Below, piece after piece: positions 7,731-18,051 of a stretch of 64,000 bases of DNA; positions within the stretch are counted from its first letter, which is position 1, and each line of letters starts with the position of its first letter. The notes beneath the pieces were generated by a model. That model saw nothing but the letters and a program-made list of their open reading frames with translations. It did no database searches and was not told the origin of the DNA. Made by a program: the position numbers and the translations under genes. The stretch is from assembly GCA_949299015.1 (NCBI GenBank), contig CASFYT010000018.1, forward strand, positions 216-64,215. The letters are read 5' to 3'. The stretch is from an uncultured Bacillota bacterium. Lineage in GTDB: Bacteria; Bacillota_I; Bacilli_A; RFN20; CAG-288.

Positions 7731-9389
7731 TTAGAGCATCTGGTCGTAGTTTGCCATATCCATGAAGATGAGGCAGAAGGTTCCAGCATCGTTGACGGCC
7801 TCGACGTAGACGGTCGTGCCGTTGTCGAGCGTCTTGGTGTAGGAGAGGCCGCCGTTGAGGCTGCCGTCGAAGGGGGCGTAGCCCATCCCTTCCAGGACGG
7901 CACCGTAGGCCTGGATGTCCTCGTCGGTCGTGTCGAAGACCTCGTCATAGTAGACGAAGAAGAGGAAGGCCGTCGGATCTTCGGTCCAGTCGATCCAGTA
8001 GGGCTGGGTGAAGTCCGCCGGGGCCGGAAGGAGGGAAGCTTCCTCTCCCATGAGGGCCGTGAGGTTGGAGACGCTCGACTCTTCGAGCAGGTCGACGAAG
8101 AGGCTCTCCTCTGCCGGATCCTGGATGTCGCCCTCCGCAATGCCGTGGTCGGTCGTGCCGAAGTCGGTGAAGGTCAGTTCCGTCCGATAGTCGCCCAGGA
8201 CGTTGACGACCTGGATCTGGTCTTCGGCAATCGTGATCGTCAGGTCGGCGAGCTGATCGGCACCCGCGCCCAGGACGGTGAAGACGGAAAGTTCGCCCTC
8301 GACGTCGTCCTTCATCGTATAGGTGTTTCCGTCCTTGTCGAGCGTGGAAGGCGAGACCCGGAAGGAGGGAAGGAGCTCGTCGAGGCTGCCTTCCATCGGC
8401 TCGCCCTGGCGGACGTAGACGTCGTCGAAGCGTTCGCACGCCTGGATCAGGCCGTCGTCCGTCACGTAGTAGTACATGTCGTATCCCATGCTCTGGTAGG
8501 AGACGCCCTTGGCGTTGGCCTTGTAGTTTGCCGTGGAGACGAGTTCTCCGTCTTCGTAGTCTTGCTGGACCATGGTGTAGTCTCCGGCCTTCAGCTTGCC
8601 GATGGCGATGCTGAAGTCCTCGTCGTTGACTCCCGGATAGGGCGTCGCCCGTTCAAGGATGTCCTCTCCCTCCTTCAGGGCGGTGAAGGTTCCTTCGTAA
8701 TGATAGGTATAGGTCGTGGAATAGCGGAAGTCGGCCTCGAAGGAGAGGCTGTCCTCGCCCGCGACCGCAAGGGAGAGGGAGTCCAGCGTGAAGCCGGGGT
8801 TGCCATAGAGCTGGGTGACGACGGCGTTCTCCAGGGTCGCATTGGCCTGGAGGAGGTAGTTCTCGCCCTCCTTGAGGAAGTCGTCGAGGGTCAGGCCGTC
8901 GAAGAAGTTCCAGAAGCCGTCGGCCTGGAAGGAGTAATAGTCGGAGGAGACGGGGTTGTAGAGGGGATAGAGGTTGACCGTGTTGCTGATGTCGAGCCGC
9001 GTGCTCCTCAGCTCGTCGCCTTCCAGCTGGTAATAGGTCTCGAAGAAGAGGACGTTGCCTTCCGCGTCGGTGCTGCGGAAGGTGATCTTGTCGTTCTGGC
9101 TCTGGGTCTCGGCTTGGGTGGTGGTCGAACCGCTCGCTGTCGTCTCGACGGCTTCCGCCTTCATGCGATAGCCGTTTTCGAAGAGCGGAAGGACCTCGTC
9201 AAAGGTGGGCGCCGTGGCGCTGCTGGTGGAAGAGGAGGACGAAGAGGAGCTGCCGGAGGTCGTCGAGGAGGGAAGGGAGGAGCTCGTCGAGGAAGAGGCC
9301 GAGGAGGACGTGGAACTCGTCGTGTCGCAGGCACTGAGGAGCAGGAGGGGGAGAAGGAAAAGGACGTTTTTCTTTTTCATGTGGAACAC
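7731..9389 (-). CDS. Surface lipoprotein of unknown function
   Basis: The 552-aa product has a signal peptide and lipobox (LLLLSAC) followed by a Ser/Thr-rich linker. I recognise no catalytic motif. Confidence 0.75.
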   Translation of the reverse strand: MFHMKKKNVLFLLPLLLLSACDTTSSTSSSASSSTSSSLPSSTTSGSSSSSSSSTSSATAPTFDEVLPLFENGYRMKAEAVETTASGSTTTQAETQSQNDKITFRSTDAEGNVLFFETYYQLEGDELRSTRLDISNTVNLYPLYNPVSSDYYSFQADGFWNFFDGLTLDDFLKEGENYLLQANATLENAVVTQLYGNPGFTLDSLSLAVAGEDSLSFEADFRYSTTYTYHYEGTFTALKEGEDILERATPYPGVNDEDFSIAIGKLKAGDYTMVQQDYEDGELVSTANYKANAKGVSYQSMGYDMYYYVTDDGLIQACERFDDVYVRQGEPMEGSLDELLPSFRVSPSTLDKDGNTYTMKDDVEGELSVFTVLGAGADQLADLTITIAEDQIQVVNVLGDYRTELTFTDFGTTDHGIAEGDIQDPAEESLFVDLLEESSVSNLTALMGEEASLLPAPADFTQPYWIDWTEDPTAFLFFVYYDEVFDTTDEDIQAYGAVLEGMGYAPFDGSLNGGLSYTKTLDNGTTVYVEAVNDAGTFCLIFMDMANYDQML

Positions 9390-9652
9390 CTCGTTGGAAA
9401 TGGGCTGATAATAAGGGATTGGAGAAAACGATGCAAGAACCGCGTTTCTCGAGATGGCCCTGCTCCCTTTTGATCGGCTCGGCTCCTGTTCTTCCCGTAG
9501 AAGGCCCGATGTTGTGCGAAATTCCGACGGAAATGCTGCGAAAGCGACAGAAATCGCAAAATATCATGGTCCATGCAAAAAAGCAAAAAAGTGAGAAAGC
9601 GCTTTACTTTATCGTTAAAGTAAAGTATGATGATGCTAGTCACGGAGGATTT

Positions 9653-10594
9653 ATGACAAAAAAGCATATGGCGGCAGTCCTATTCCTGCCTTTGATGACC
9701 ACCAGCTGTTCCCCTTCCCTTTCGACCATTTCCTCTTCTTTTGAAGAGACTTCTTCCAGCTCTTCTTCCTCTTCTTCTCAAGGATCTTCGAAGACTCATG
9801 TCATCATCTTGGCTGGGCAGTCCAACTGTGCGGGCAATTCGTATTCCCAGTATCTTTCGAAGCATTTCTCGCAGGACAAGGTCCGCGAATTCACCGATGG
9901 ATACGGGTCGGTCCTCATCAACTTCGAGAACGAGAACGGCGGGAACTCCTCGGAAGGGACGTTCGTTCCCGTCGCCCTTGGCCAGGGATCGGAAACGACG
10001 AAGTTCGGAATCGAAGTCGGAATGGCGGAGACCATCTCCTCCGTCTACCCCGATCAGTTCGTCTACTTCATCAAGTTCGCCGTCGGTGGAACGGCGCTCT
10101 ACGACAAGTGGCGTTCTCCCTCCAGCGGACAGACGGGAGAGCTCTGGACCAAGATGGTCCGGTTCGTCCATGAATCCTTCGAGCAGATTGCGCTTTCGGA
10201 AAGCCATCCCGTCCTCTCCGCCTTCTGCTGGATGCAGGGCGAGTCCGACGCCGACGACTTGCGGACTCCGAGCTATCTCGACAATCTGAGATCCTTTGTG
10301 ACGGACATGCGGGAGGAGTTTGCCCCCTATGCCGACGAAGACGGCATCGGCTTTGTCGATGCGGGCATCTCCGACAGCTATGTCTGGAAGAACTTCGCCG
10401 AGATCAATCAGGCGAAGAAGCAGCTTTCGGAGGAGGATCCGGAGCACAATGTATATCTCGACACGGTCTCCGAGAGGCTGAGCTACAAATTCGAGCCGCA
10501 GGGAAACCCAGACCCCTACCATTACGACTCGGACGGCGAGATCGAGCTTGGCCGGCTCTTCGGACTGGCGGTGATGGAACACTTCATGGATTGA
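9653..10594 (+). CDS. Lipoprotein, SASA/DUF303-type carbohydrate acetylesterase
   Basis: The ATG at 9653 follows a GGAGGA ribosome-binding site. A lipobox (MTTSC) is present. Motifs seen are ILAGQSNCAGN, GGTALYDKW, WMQGESDA and DPYHYD. The tracked ORF start at 9419 is a spurious 5' extension. Confidence 0.8.
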   Translation: MTKKHMAAVLFLPLMTTSCSPSLSTISSSFEETSSSSSSSSSQGSSKTHVIILAGQSNCAGNSYSQYLSKHFSQDKVREFTDGYGSVLINFENENGGNSSEGTFVPVALGQGSETTKFGIEVGMAETISSVYPDQFVYFIKFAVGGTALYDKWRSPSSGQTGELWTKMVRFVHESFEQIALSESHPVLSAFCWMQGESDADDLRTPSYLDNLRSFVTDMREEFAPYADEDGIGFVDAGISDSYVWKNFAEINQAKKQLSEEDPEHNVYLDTVSERLSYKFEPQGNPDPYHYDSDGEIELGRLFGLAVMEHFMD

Positions 10595-10636
10595 AAAACA
10601 GACGTTGCATAGAGAGAAACACGAAAGGAGCAAATC

Positions 10637-12454
10637 ATGAGAAAGCGTTTCTTGAGAGTCTTCGGTGTCGGCTTCCTTCTCTCCGTCCTTTCCCTCGCCT
10701 CCTGCAATCCTTCTTCCTCCTCCCTTTCTTCCTCGACGTCCGAAGGGCCTTCGGAGTCGACGGGCTCTTCGACGACGAAGCCGGTGATCCGGATCGCCTC
10801 GACGGAGACCACGGTCAGCGTCGGCAAGCAGATCGTCATCCGCGTCCTGGTGACCGGAACGACGCAGCGCGACGTCACCTACACCTCCTCGGACACGGCC
10901 GTCGCAACCATCGACGACCGGGGCACGGTCACGGGACTGGCCGAAGGAAAGACGACGATCCGGGCCACCCTCGACGCGGACCCGACCGTCTTTGCCGAAG
11001 TGGAAATCACGGTTGAGCCGGCCGTTCCTCCGACCTCGATCTCCATCGCAGGAGAAGAGGAGCAGAACGGATGGGTCGGCGAAGAAGTCGTCCTCGAAGT
11101 CACGGCCCTGCCGGAGAACGCCGATCCGCGCGTCACCTTCTCCTCCTCCGACGAGGCGGTGGCGAAGGTCGACGAAGAAGGGACGGTCTCCTTCCTTGCG
11201 ACGGGCGACGTCACGATCACGGCGACCTCGACCGCGGACAGCACCATCTCCGACGCCGTCCTCTTCCACGTCCACGAATCCGACTACATCACCAATTACA
11301 GCAACTATGCCTTGAACTTCGACTACACGCATCAGCTGGAGGAGGACAGCTACATCGAGTCCGCCCCGGTCGTCGAAGGAGACAACAGCCCGGCGATGGC
11401 CTGGTTCAAGACGACGCCTTCCACAAGGTACTATGCGCAGGCGACGATTGAATTCGTCAACACCACCTCGGATCCTTGGACGAGAGTCGGCATTGGAAGC
11501 GGAACGGAAGACATGGATACGAGAGCCTTCTACTTCTCCGACAAGGAGGGACAGAAGACCGTCATGATGGACTTCCCGAACACCTGGGGGGCCTCGACCG
11601 CCCGGACGATGATCTGGCAGGTCAACGACATCCGCGACCTGGACAAGACCAACATCCGGCTGGGTGTCCTCCGAGACGGAGACGACTACTATTACACGAT
11701 CAACGACAAGTTCTATTGGTTCGAGCACACCGACCGCTTCAGCGACGAGGCGACCCTTCCGGTCATCGTCAGCAAGGACGTCCAGTGCCGCGTGCGCGAT
11801 CCGGAAGTGGTGACGGAGGACGCCGCCTTGGATGCCTTGATCGGATCCAGCGACTTCCAGAGGATCTTCTTCGAATCCTCCTCGAATCAGAAGAACGTCA
11901 TCTTCAACAACGACAAGGACTTCACGTTCACCAACGAAGCCGATACGCCGGACATGACCCGTCTTCGCGACCAATGCGTCAAGTCCTTCGGCGACAAGGG
12001 AACCATTGGGGACGACTTCTACGTCGAGTGGGACGTCTCCGGATACGAGAACAACTCGGACAACACCCACTCGATGGTCGGCCTTGCCCTCCGCCGCTAC
12101 AATTCCGACCCCGGGATCGTGGATTCCTTCATGGTCGACGAGCAGTCCTTCCACTTCCGCACGTGGGACTACGAGAACCAGTTCGAGGCCATCACGTCGG
12201 GAACGACGACGCGGGACAGCGCCGCCTTCCCCGTTCCCGCTTCCGAGATGGAGACCTTCCACGTCCGTCTGGAAAGAAGGGTGGACGCCGAGAATTCGAA
12301 GGCCGTCTTCACCTTCACCTTGGACGGGACGGAATATCTCTTCGACGAGAAGGAACTTGAGGTCAACTATCTCGGCGACTACAACATCCTCTTCGGCGCC
12401 AACGATGCCAAGGCGCACATCACGAACCTGACCTTCGGCACCCTTGAGGAATAG
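10637..12454 (+). CDS. Lipoprotein with Big_2-like repeats and an uncharacterised C-terminal domain
   Basis: A lipobox (LASC) and S-rich linker are followed by two Big_2-like segments (VTYTSSDTAVATIDDRGTVTGLAEGKTTIRATL; VTFSSSDEAVAKVDEEGTVSFLATGDVTITAT). The C-terminal ~380 aa is paralogous to the next gene. Confidence 0.8.
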   Translation: MRKRFLRVFGVGFLLSVLSLASCNPSSSSLSSSTSEGPSESTGSSTTKPVIRIASTETTVSVGKQIVIRVLVTGTTQRDVTYTSSDTAVATIDDRGTVTGLAEGKTTIRATLDADPTVFAEVEITVEPAVPPTSISIAGEEEQNGWVGEEVVLEVTALPENADPRVTFSSSDEAVAKVDEEGTVSFLATGDVTITATSTADSTISDAVLFHVHESDYITNYSNYALNFDYTHQLEEDSYIESAPVVEGDNSPAMAWFKTTPSTRYYAQATIEFVNTTSDPWTRVGIGSGTEDMDTRAFYFSDKEGQKTVMMDFPNTWGASTARTMIWQVNDIRDLDKTNIRLGVLRDGDDYYYTINDKFYWFEHTDRFSDEATLPVIVSKDVQCRVRDPEVVTEDAALDALIGSSDFQRIFFESSSNQKNVIFNNDKDFTFTNEADTPDMTRLRDQCVKSFGDKGTIGDDFYVEWDVSGYENNSDNTHSMVGLALRRYNSDPGIVDSFMVDEQSFHFRTWDYENQFEAITSGTTTRDSAAFPVPASEMETFHVRLERRVDAENSKAVFTFTLDGTEYLFDEKELEVNYLGDYNILFGANDAKAHITNLTFGTLEE

Positions 12455-12465
12455 GAGAAACGAAA

Positions 12466-14106
12466 ATGAAAAAGAAGAATCTTGCTCTTGCCGCCTTCGC
12501 CGCCTTCTCCCTGCTGGCCTCCTGCTCCCCGTCCCTGAGCTCGACGACGTCCTCCGCGACCGGTTCGACTTCGACGAGCGCCTCTTCGACCACGTCCTCT
12601 TCGACGACCGACACGACCAATTCTTCGAGTTCCTCTTCTTCTATTTCTTCTATTGTTTCTTCTACTACTACAACTCCTTCTTCTTCTACTTCTTCTTCCT
12701 CTTCCAGCAGCTCTTCTTCCAGCTCCGTGAAGGATCCGACGTCCTTTGAGGCCTCCGTCGAAAAGGGCACGCTCTTCGTCGGTGAGACGACGAAGGTCCT
12801 CGTCACCTGCGAGGAAGACGTTGCGATGACCTTCCGCTCCCTGACGCCCGAGATCGTCTCCGTCGACGCCGACGGCGTCGTCACGGCCCTGGGCGGAGGG
12901 ACGGGAACGATCGCCGTCTCCCCTATGGACGAGGACGACAACGTCAAGGAGGTCTCCGTCGAGATCCTTGCCTTCCAGCGTCTTTCGGGCTACACGCAGA
13001 ACTTCACGGAAGCCGACGGCATCCTGACGAGCCATCCGATCGAGGCCGGAGTCGACAATCCCCACGCCTACCTGATGTCGACGACCAAGGGGACGAAGTA
13101 CTATGCCGAGGCGACCATCTCGATCCTCAACCATTCCAACGATGGCTGGGCGAGGGCGGGCATCGGCCACGCCACCGACGACCAGGACGGAAACGGACGA
13201 GCCTTCTTCTTCTCTCCGATGGAAGGACAGAAGTCGGTGATGATGGACGTCCCCAACAACTGGGGAGCCGTCACGGCCCAGACGATGATCTGGCAGGTCA
13301 ACGGCCTTTCGGCAGTGAATCCGGCAGACTTCACCCTGGGCGTCCTGCGCGACGGAAACGAGTCCTACTACACGATCGACGGTCGCCTGGCCTGGTACGA
13401 GCAGACCACGCGCTTCGACAACATCGAGACCTCTCCGACTGTCATCGCAAAGGATGCACAGATCGAAGTGACAGATTTCACGGTCACGACAGATGAAGCA
13501 ACTCTGGAAGAGAAGATCAATTCTGCCGAATATCAGAAAAAGCTGTTCAATGCAGCCAACGAAGGATTCGTCGAGTTCGAATCCGACGAGAAGTTCACCT
13601 TCGTGGGCATGAACGACGGCAACGCCTTCTACAACAACAATTCCGTCCGCGCCTATGGCGAGAAGGGCCTGCTCAGCGGCAGCTTCCAGATCGACTTCGA
13701 CCTCTTCGGCATCGCCACGCAGGCGGACAACGACGACAACAACCGCATCGGCGTCGGCCTGCGCCGTGTCGCGACCGATCCGGCCATCGTCGACTCCTTC
13801 ACCATGACCAGCGACCTGGACCTCAACGCCTACGACTACGGCAACTGGACCTGGGACGGCCATACGTTCTGGCAGCGCGCCGACAAGCTTCAGACCACTT
13901 CCGACAAGGAGACGCGCGAGGGACACTATCGTCTCGTCCGGACGGTCGAAGAGGGCGCGGAAGCGGCCCACTTCTCCCTCTACCATGAGGACCTGGAGAC
14001 TCCGGTCATGGAAGTCGACGTCCCCTACGTCGGCGACTACATCATCTCCTTCGGCGGCAACTACGCCAACGGAACGTTCGACGGCGTCGGGTGGATGATG
14101 ATCTGA
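12466..14106 (+). CDS. Paralogous lipoprotein with one Big_2-like repeat and the same C-terminal domain
   Basis: A lipobox (LLASC) and a long S/T linker are followed by a Big_2-like segment. The C-terminal domain shares blocks with the previous gene (GQK.VMMD.PN.WGA.TA.TMIWQVN, LGVLRDG..YYYTI). Confidence 0.8.
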   Translation: MKKKNLALAAFAAFSLLASCSPSLSSTTSSATGSTSTSASSTTSSSTTDTTNSSSSSSSISSIVSSTTTTPSSSTSSSSSSSSSSSSVKDPTSFEASVEKGTLFVGETTKVLVTCEEDVAMTFRSLTPEIVSVDADGVVTALGGGTGTIAVSPMDEDDNVKEVSVEILAFQRLSGYTQNFTEADGILTSHPIEAGVDNPHAYLMSTTKGTKYYAEATISILNHSNDGWARAGIGHATDDQDGNGRAFFFSPMEGQKSVMMDVPNNWGAVTAQTMIWQVNGLSAVNPADFTLGVLRDGNESYYTIDGRLAWYEQTTRFDNIETSPTVIAKDAQIEVTDFTVTTDEATLEEKINSAEYQKKLFNAANEGFVEFESDEKFTFVGMNDGNAFYNNNSVRAYGEKGLLSGSFQIDFDLFGIATQADNDDNNRIGVGLRRVATDPAIVDSFTMTSDLDLNAYDYGNWTWDGHTFWQRADKLQTTSDKETREGHYRLVRTVEEGAEAAHFSLYHEDLETPVMEVDVPYVGDYIISFGGNYANGTFDGVGWMMI

Positions 14107-14107
14107 G

Positions 14108-15271
14108 ATGAAAAGGTTTTTCGTTCCCCTCTCCTTCGCCCTTCTCCTCCTCGTCGGATGCGCTTCCCCTTCCTCTTCCTCCTCTTCGGAGAGCTCCACT
14201 CCTCTCTCGTCCTCGACGACGGAATTCGTCCAGGAAGAGCGCTCCAACCCGGGGAAGATCGTCTATGAGGGAGAGGAGTATCCCCTCATGGCGGCCGACC
14301 CGGACTGCATCAAGGGAGAAGACGGCTACTTCTACCTCTACACGACGCAGAACTTCAGCCAGAGGGGCGAGGAGGGATATGGCTTCGACCGCTGTCCCAT
14401 CTACCGCAGCCGCAACCTCAGCGACTGGGAATACGTCGCGAGCGCCTTCTCCGGAAGCGACGTCGACTTCTCCGACTGGGACGGCGACTTCGGCGTCTGG
14501 GCGCCCTGCGTCGTCAAGGTCGGGGACATGTACAACCTCTACTATGCCGTCGGATACAGCTCCGGCTATCGGGAGACGACGGGCATCGGCGTCGCCCAGG
14601 CGCCGACTCCCGCGGGTCCCTGGACCCATTACGGAAAGATCTTCAACAGCGGCGAGATCGGCGTCGAGAACAGCATCGACCCCTTCGTCATGGAAGTGGA
14701 AGGCTCCCTCTACCTCTTCTTCGGAAGCTTCCTTGGCATCTATGCCGCCGAGCTGACGATCGACGGCATCTCCCTGATGCACGGGGATGAGGCGAGGGAC
14801 CATCTGATCGAGGTCAGCCCGCCGAGCGGTGCCTTCGACGTGGAGCGGAACTTCGAGGCCACCTTCATCCTTCCCAAGGACGGGAAGTACTACCTCTTCG
14901 GCTCGAAGGGGACCTGCTGCATCGGGACGTCCTCGTCCTACTACGTCGTCGCGGGAGTGAGCGACTCGCCCTTCGGACCCTATCTCGGAAGCGACGGAAA
15001 GGAGATCTCCGCAGCGGATTCCTCCGGCGGAGACCTCGTCCTGACCCCCAGCGAGGAGGTCGCCGGCGTCGGCCACAACAGCGTCGTCCAGGACGATGCA
15101 GGAGACTACTGGATCGTCTATCATGGATACGACATCGACGGCGCCCATCCCGGGGAGCGGACCATCTTCGCCGACCGGCTTCTCTTCCATCCGGAGACGG
15201 GCATGCCCTACGTCGAGAAGTTCCAGGCGAGCGACGGCATTGCGATGCCGGGCCCGCGCTGGCTGAAATGA
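14108..15271 (+). CDS. GH43 glycoside hydrolase, lipoprotein
   Basis: A lipobox (LLVGC) is present. GH43 blocks seen are ADPDCIKGEDGYFYLYTT, WAPCVVKVGDMYNLYY, IDPFVMEVEGSLYLFFGSF and EATFILPKDGKYYLFGS. Confidence 0.9.
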   Translation: MKRFFVPLSFALLLLVGCASPSSSSSSESSTPLSSSTTEFVQEERSNPGKIVYEGEEYPLMAADPDCIKGEDGYFYLYTTQNFSQRGEEGYGFDRCPIYRSRNLSDWEYVASAFSGSDVDFSDWDGDFGVWAPCVVKVGDMYNLYYAVGYSSGYRETTGIGVAQAPTPAGPWTHYGKIFNSGEIGVENSIDPFVMEVEGSLYLFFGSFLGIYAAELTIDGISLMHGDEARDHLIEVSPPSGAFDVERNFEATFILPKDGKYYLFGSKGTCCIGTSSSYYVVAGVSDSPFGPYLGSDGKEISAADSSGGDLVLTPSEEVAGVGHNSVVQDDAGDYWIVYHGYDIDGAHPGERTIFADRLLFHPETGMPYVEKFQASDGIAMPGPRWLK

Positions 15272-15284
15272 GGAGAAAAGAAAC

Positions 15285-16475
15285 ATGAAAAAGACATGGC
15301 TGTCCTTCCTCCTACTGCTTCCCCTGAGCCTGACGGGATGTACGACAGGGCCGAGTTCCACGACCCCCGCCAGCGACTCGACCTTGATCAGCTCGACCTC
15401 GTCCTCTTCCGCCAACGAGGACCCCGGCGACGTCAACAACTCCTATTCGAACCCGGTGAAGTTCTATCGCGAGGACGGGACGACCGAGTTCGTCGGCGTG
15501 GCGGATCCCTTCTGCCTCCGGGCCGACAACGGACTCTACTACCTCTACTGCACCCAGTTGGACTGCACAAGGGGCGAGTATGGATACGGCCTGGATTACT
15601 CCCCGATCTTCGAGAGCGCCAACCTGACGGAATGGCACTGGGTCGGCTCCGCATTCATCGGACATGAGGAATATGCGGAGTGGAACAACCACGAGAAGGG
15701 GGTCTGGGCTCCGACGGTCTGCAAGATCGGCGACACCTACAATCTCTACTACACGCTGGGAGCCGGCGGATACTACAGCGACTACACGGGCATCGGCGTC
15801 TGCACCTCGCCCACGCCCTACGGCCCCTGGACCCACTACGGCAAGCTCTTCGACAGCGGCGAGATCGGCGTCCGCAACTCCATCGACCCCTTTGTCTTCG
15901 TCGAAGACGGCCATGTCTACATGACCTGGGGTTCGGGAGACGGCATCTGGATCTGCGAGCTCGACGAGACGGGCACGGCGCTCAAGGGCGGCCTTGAGGC
16001 GCAGAAGGAGGCGAAGCGGCAGATCGCGGCCTACAACATCTTCGAGAACAGCAACTACGAGGCCAGCTTCATCCAGAAGCATGACGGCTACTACTATCTC
16101 TACCTCTCGACGGGTTCGTGCTGCGACGGCATCCGCTCGACCTACAAGACGGTCGTCGGCCGCTCCGAGAGCCTCTACGGCCCCTATGTGGGAAGCAACG
16201 GCCGTCCCATCGACACGGCCAACCGCGGCGACACGGTCGTCCAACCCCACAAGCGCTTCGGAATGGGGACGGGCCACTGCGCCGTCGTCCAGGACGACAA
16301 GGGCTACGACTGGCTCATCTATCATTCCTACTCTCCCTTTGCTGAGACGGAAGTCCAGAAGAACACCCGCACCCTCTACATCGACCGCCTCTACTGGAAC
16401 GAGAAGGGCTATCCGGAGGTCCAGGACACCTATCCGTCCAACGGGACGGTGCCGGGTCCCTACATCCTCGCCTGA
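15285..16475 (+). CDS. GH43 glycoside hydrolase, lipoprotein
   Basis: A lipobox (SLTGC) is present. GH43 blocks seen are ADPFCLRADNGLYYLYCT, WAPTVCKIGDTYNLYY, IDPFVFVEDGHVYMTWGS and EASFIQKHDGYYYLYLS. Confidence 0.9.
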   Translation: MKKTWLSFLLLLPLSLTGCTTGPSSTTPASDSTLISSTSSSSANEDPGDVNNSYSNPVKFYREDGTTEFVGVADPFCLRADNGLYYLYCTQLDCTRGEYGYGLDYSPIFESANLTEWHWVGSAFIGHEEYAEWNNHEKGVWAPTVCKIGDTYNLYYTLGAGGYYSDYTGIGVCTSPTPYGPWTHYGKLFDSGEIGVRNSIDPFVFVEDGHVYMTWGSGDGIWICELDETGTALKGGLEAQKEAKRQIAAYNIFENSNYEASFIQKHDGYYYLYLSTGSCCDGIRSTYKTVVGRSESLYGPYVGSNGRPIDTANRGDTVVQPHKRFGMGTGHCAVVQDDKGYDWLIYHSYSPFAETEVQKNTRTLYIDRLYWNEKGYPEVQDTYPSNGTVPGPYILA

Positions 16476-16495
16476 TACAGAAAGGAAAACCGAAC

Positions 16496-18049
16496 ATGAA
16501 AAGGAACATTCTGACTCTCCCGCTCCTGCTTCTGACGACCCTGACCCTGGGATCGTGCGCCGGGACCTCGACCTCGGGCGGAGGGACGAGCACGTCCTAT
16601 CCTTCCATCGACGAATGGGAGGACGACTCCGTCGACGACATCGTGACGGACGGGGCGGGCAACGTCGTCTTCGACGACGTCGAGATCTCGATGTGGTCTG
16701 TCACGACCAACCCCGATTCGGTCTACCAGGACCAGATCATCGACGAATTCAACCGCGCCTACGAGGGACAGATCCACGTCACCGTCTACCATGAATCCCG
16801 CTACTCCATCTTCAGCAACCTGGTCTCGACCGTCGCCCAGGATCCGGAGAACGCCCCGGACCTCTTCTACGGCTACGGCGAGCGCATCGCCTCCCTGGTC
16901 GACAACGACATCTTCGTCCCGATGGGACCCTATCTCGAGATGGCGGACATCGGCTTCGACCGCAACAACTTCGAGAAGGCCCTGATCGACAACTGCTACA
17001 TCGGCGACATGCTCTATGGCATCCCCTACGGCGTCGACTCGGCGATCATCTTCGCCCGCAAGGACATCCTTGAGGAGAACGGCCTCGCCGTTCCGACGAA
17101 CCTGACGGAGCTGGCCGACGTCTGCGACGCCCTGGTGGACAAGGCCGCCGCCGGCGAGCTGATGATCCGCGGCGAGGATTCCGACAACGCCGGGGCGGGC
17201 GACGTCTATGCCTGGCGGAAGTACAACCCGACCCTGGAGGGGACCTACTATCCCTTCCCGATCTCCTCGGGCGACATGTGGATCAACGCCTACGTCGCGC
17301 AGACGGCCGTCTATCAGAACGGCGGCTCCTTGGTCCGGGAAGAGGACGGCCACGCCAACTGGAACTCTCCGGAGGCGGAGAAGGGACTCCAGATCCTCCG
17401 CGATTTCCTCTATCCCACGGCGACGAGCGTCAACCGGCATCCCTTCTCCAAGGCCGACCTCAACTACGACGCCGGCGTCACGGAATTCCTTCGCGGGACG
17501 GGCGTCTTCAAGCTGGACGGTGCCTGGAGCGGCTATACCAACTACACCCTGATGGACAACATGTACGGCAAGGACGGCGGCGCGAAGGAGAACCTGGCCA
17601 TCATCAACCTCGGCAACATGCTGACGACCGACAACACGACGTCCTACAGCAAGACCATCTTCGGCGACAGCCACGCCGCGAGCATCGTCTCCTCGACGAC
17701 GAGCCGGACCAAGCGGGTGGCCGCCTCGATCCTGGCCAACTACCTGGCCGAGAACTCGGGCGGCGTCTGGACGCAGGCGGGACACCTTCCGGCTTCCCTG
17801 ATCGTCCAGAACTCCCACGACCTCTATCTGGACAACGAGTACTATGAGAAGTACGTCCAGTACTACGGCTCGCCCTCGCAGTACGTGACGGCCCTGCCGA
17901 CGAAGTACTACGACGAGGTTTCCGATTCCTTCTCGGTCGCCCTGAAGGCGGCGATGGCCTCCACCTACAAGGACCGTCCGATCGCGGACATCCTGCAGGA
18001 GAACTATGAGGACTGCGAGCTGAGGATCTCGGACCGCGAGGACCTCTGA
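16496..18049 (+). CDS. ABC transporter sugar-binding lipoprotein
   Basis: The 517-aa product has a lipobox (LTLGSC), resembles extracellular solute-binding proteins, and lies directly upstream of two permease genes. Confidence 0.85.
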   Translation: MKRNILTLPLLLLTTLTLGSCAGTSTSGGGTSTSYPSIDEWEDDSVDDIVTDGAGNVVFDDVEISMWSVTTNPDSVYQDQIIDEFNRAYEGQIHVTVYHESRYSIFSNLVSTVAQDPENAPDLFYGYGERIASLVDNDIFVPMGPYLEMADIGFDRNNFEKALIDNCYIGDMLYGIPYGVDSAIIFARKDILEENGLAVPTNLTELADVCDALVDKAAAGELMIRGEDSDNAGAGDVYAWRKYNPTLEGTYYPFPISSGDMWINAYVAQTAVYQNGGSLVREEDGHANWNSPEAEKGLQILRDFLYPTATSVNRHPFSKADLNYDAGVTEFLRGTGVFKLDGAWSGYTNYTLMDNMYGKDGGAKENLAIINLGNMLTTDNTTSYSKTIFGDSHAASIVSSTTSRTKRVAASILANYLAENSGGVWTQAGHLPASLIVQNSHDLYLDNEYYEKYVQYYGSPSQYVTALPTKYYDEVSDSFSVALKAAMASTYKDRPIADILQENYEDCELRISDREDL

Positions 18050-18051
18050 TC

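Noticed and set aside
9419-9652. 5' extensions of tracked ORFs beyond plausible starts. This one precedes the esterase gene. Similar cases are 28664-28792, 29911-30033, 30788-30826, 36532-36621, 27847-28092, 52649-52762 and 60963-61139.
   Set aside because: Internal ATG codons preceded by GGAGG-like ribosome-binding sites give N-termini that match family expectations (signal peptides, the MEERVILAIDL polymerase start, the MAGINR ssb start). The extensions overlap neighbouring genes or terminators.
9680-12418. A 912-aa - strand ORF spanning the esterase gene and the first Big_2 lipoprotein gene.
   Set aside because: It is a codon-bias artefact of the same kind. It crosses an intergenic region and two well-supported + strand genes.
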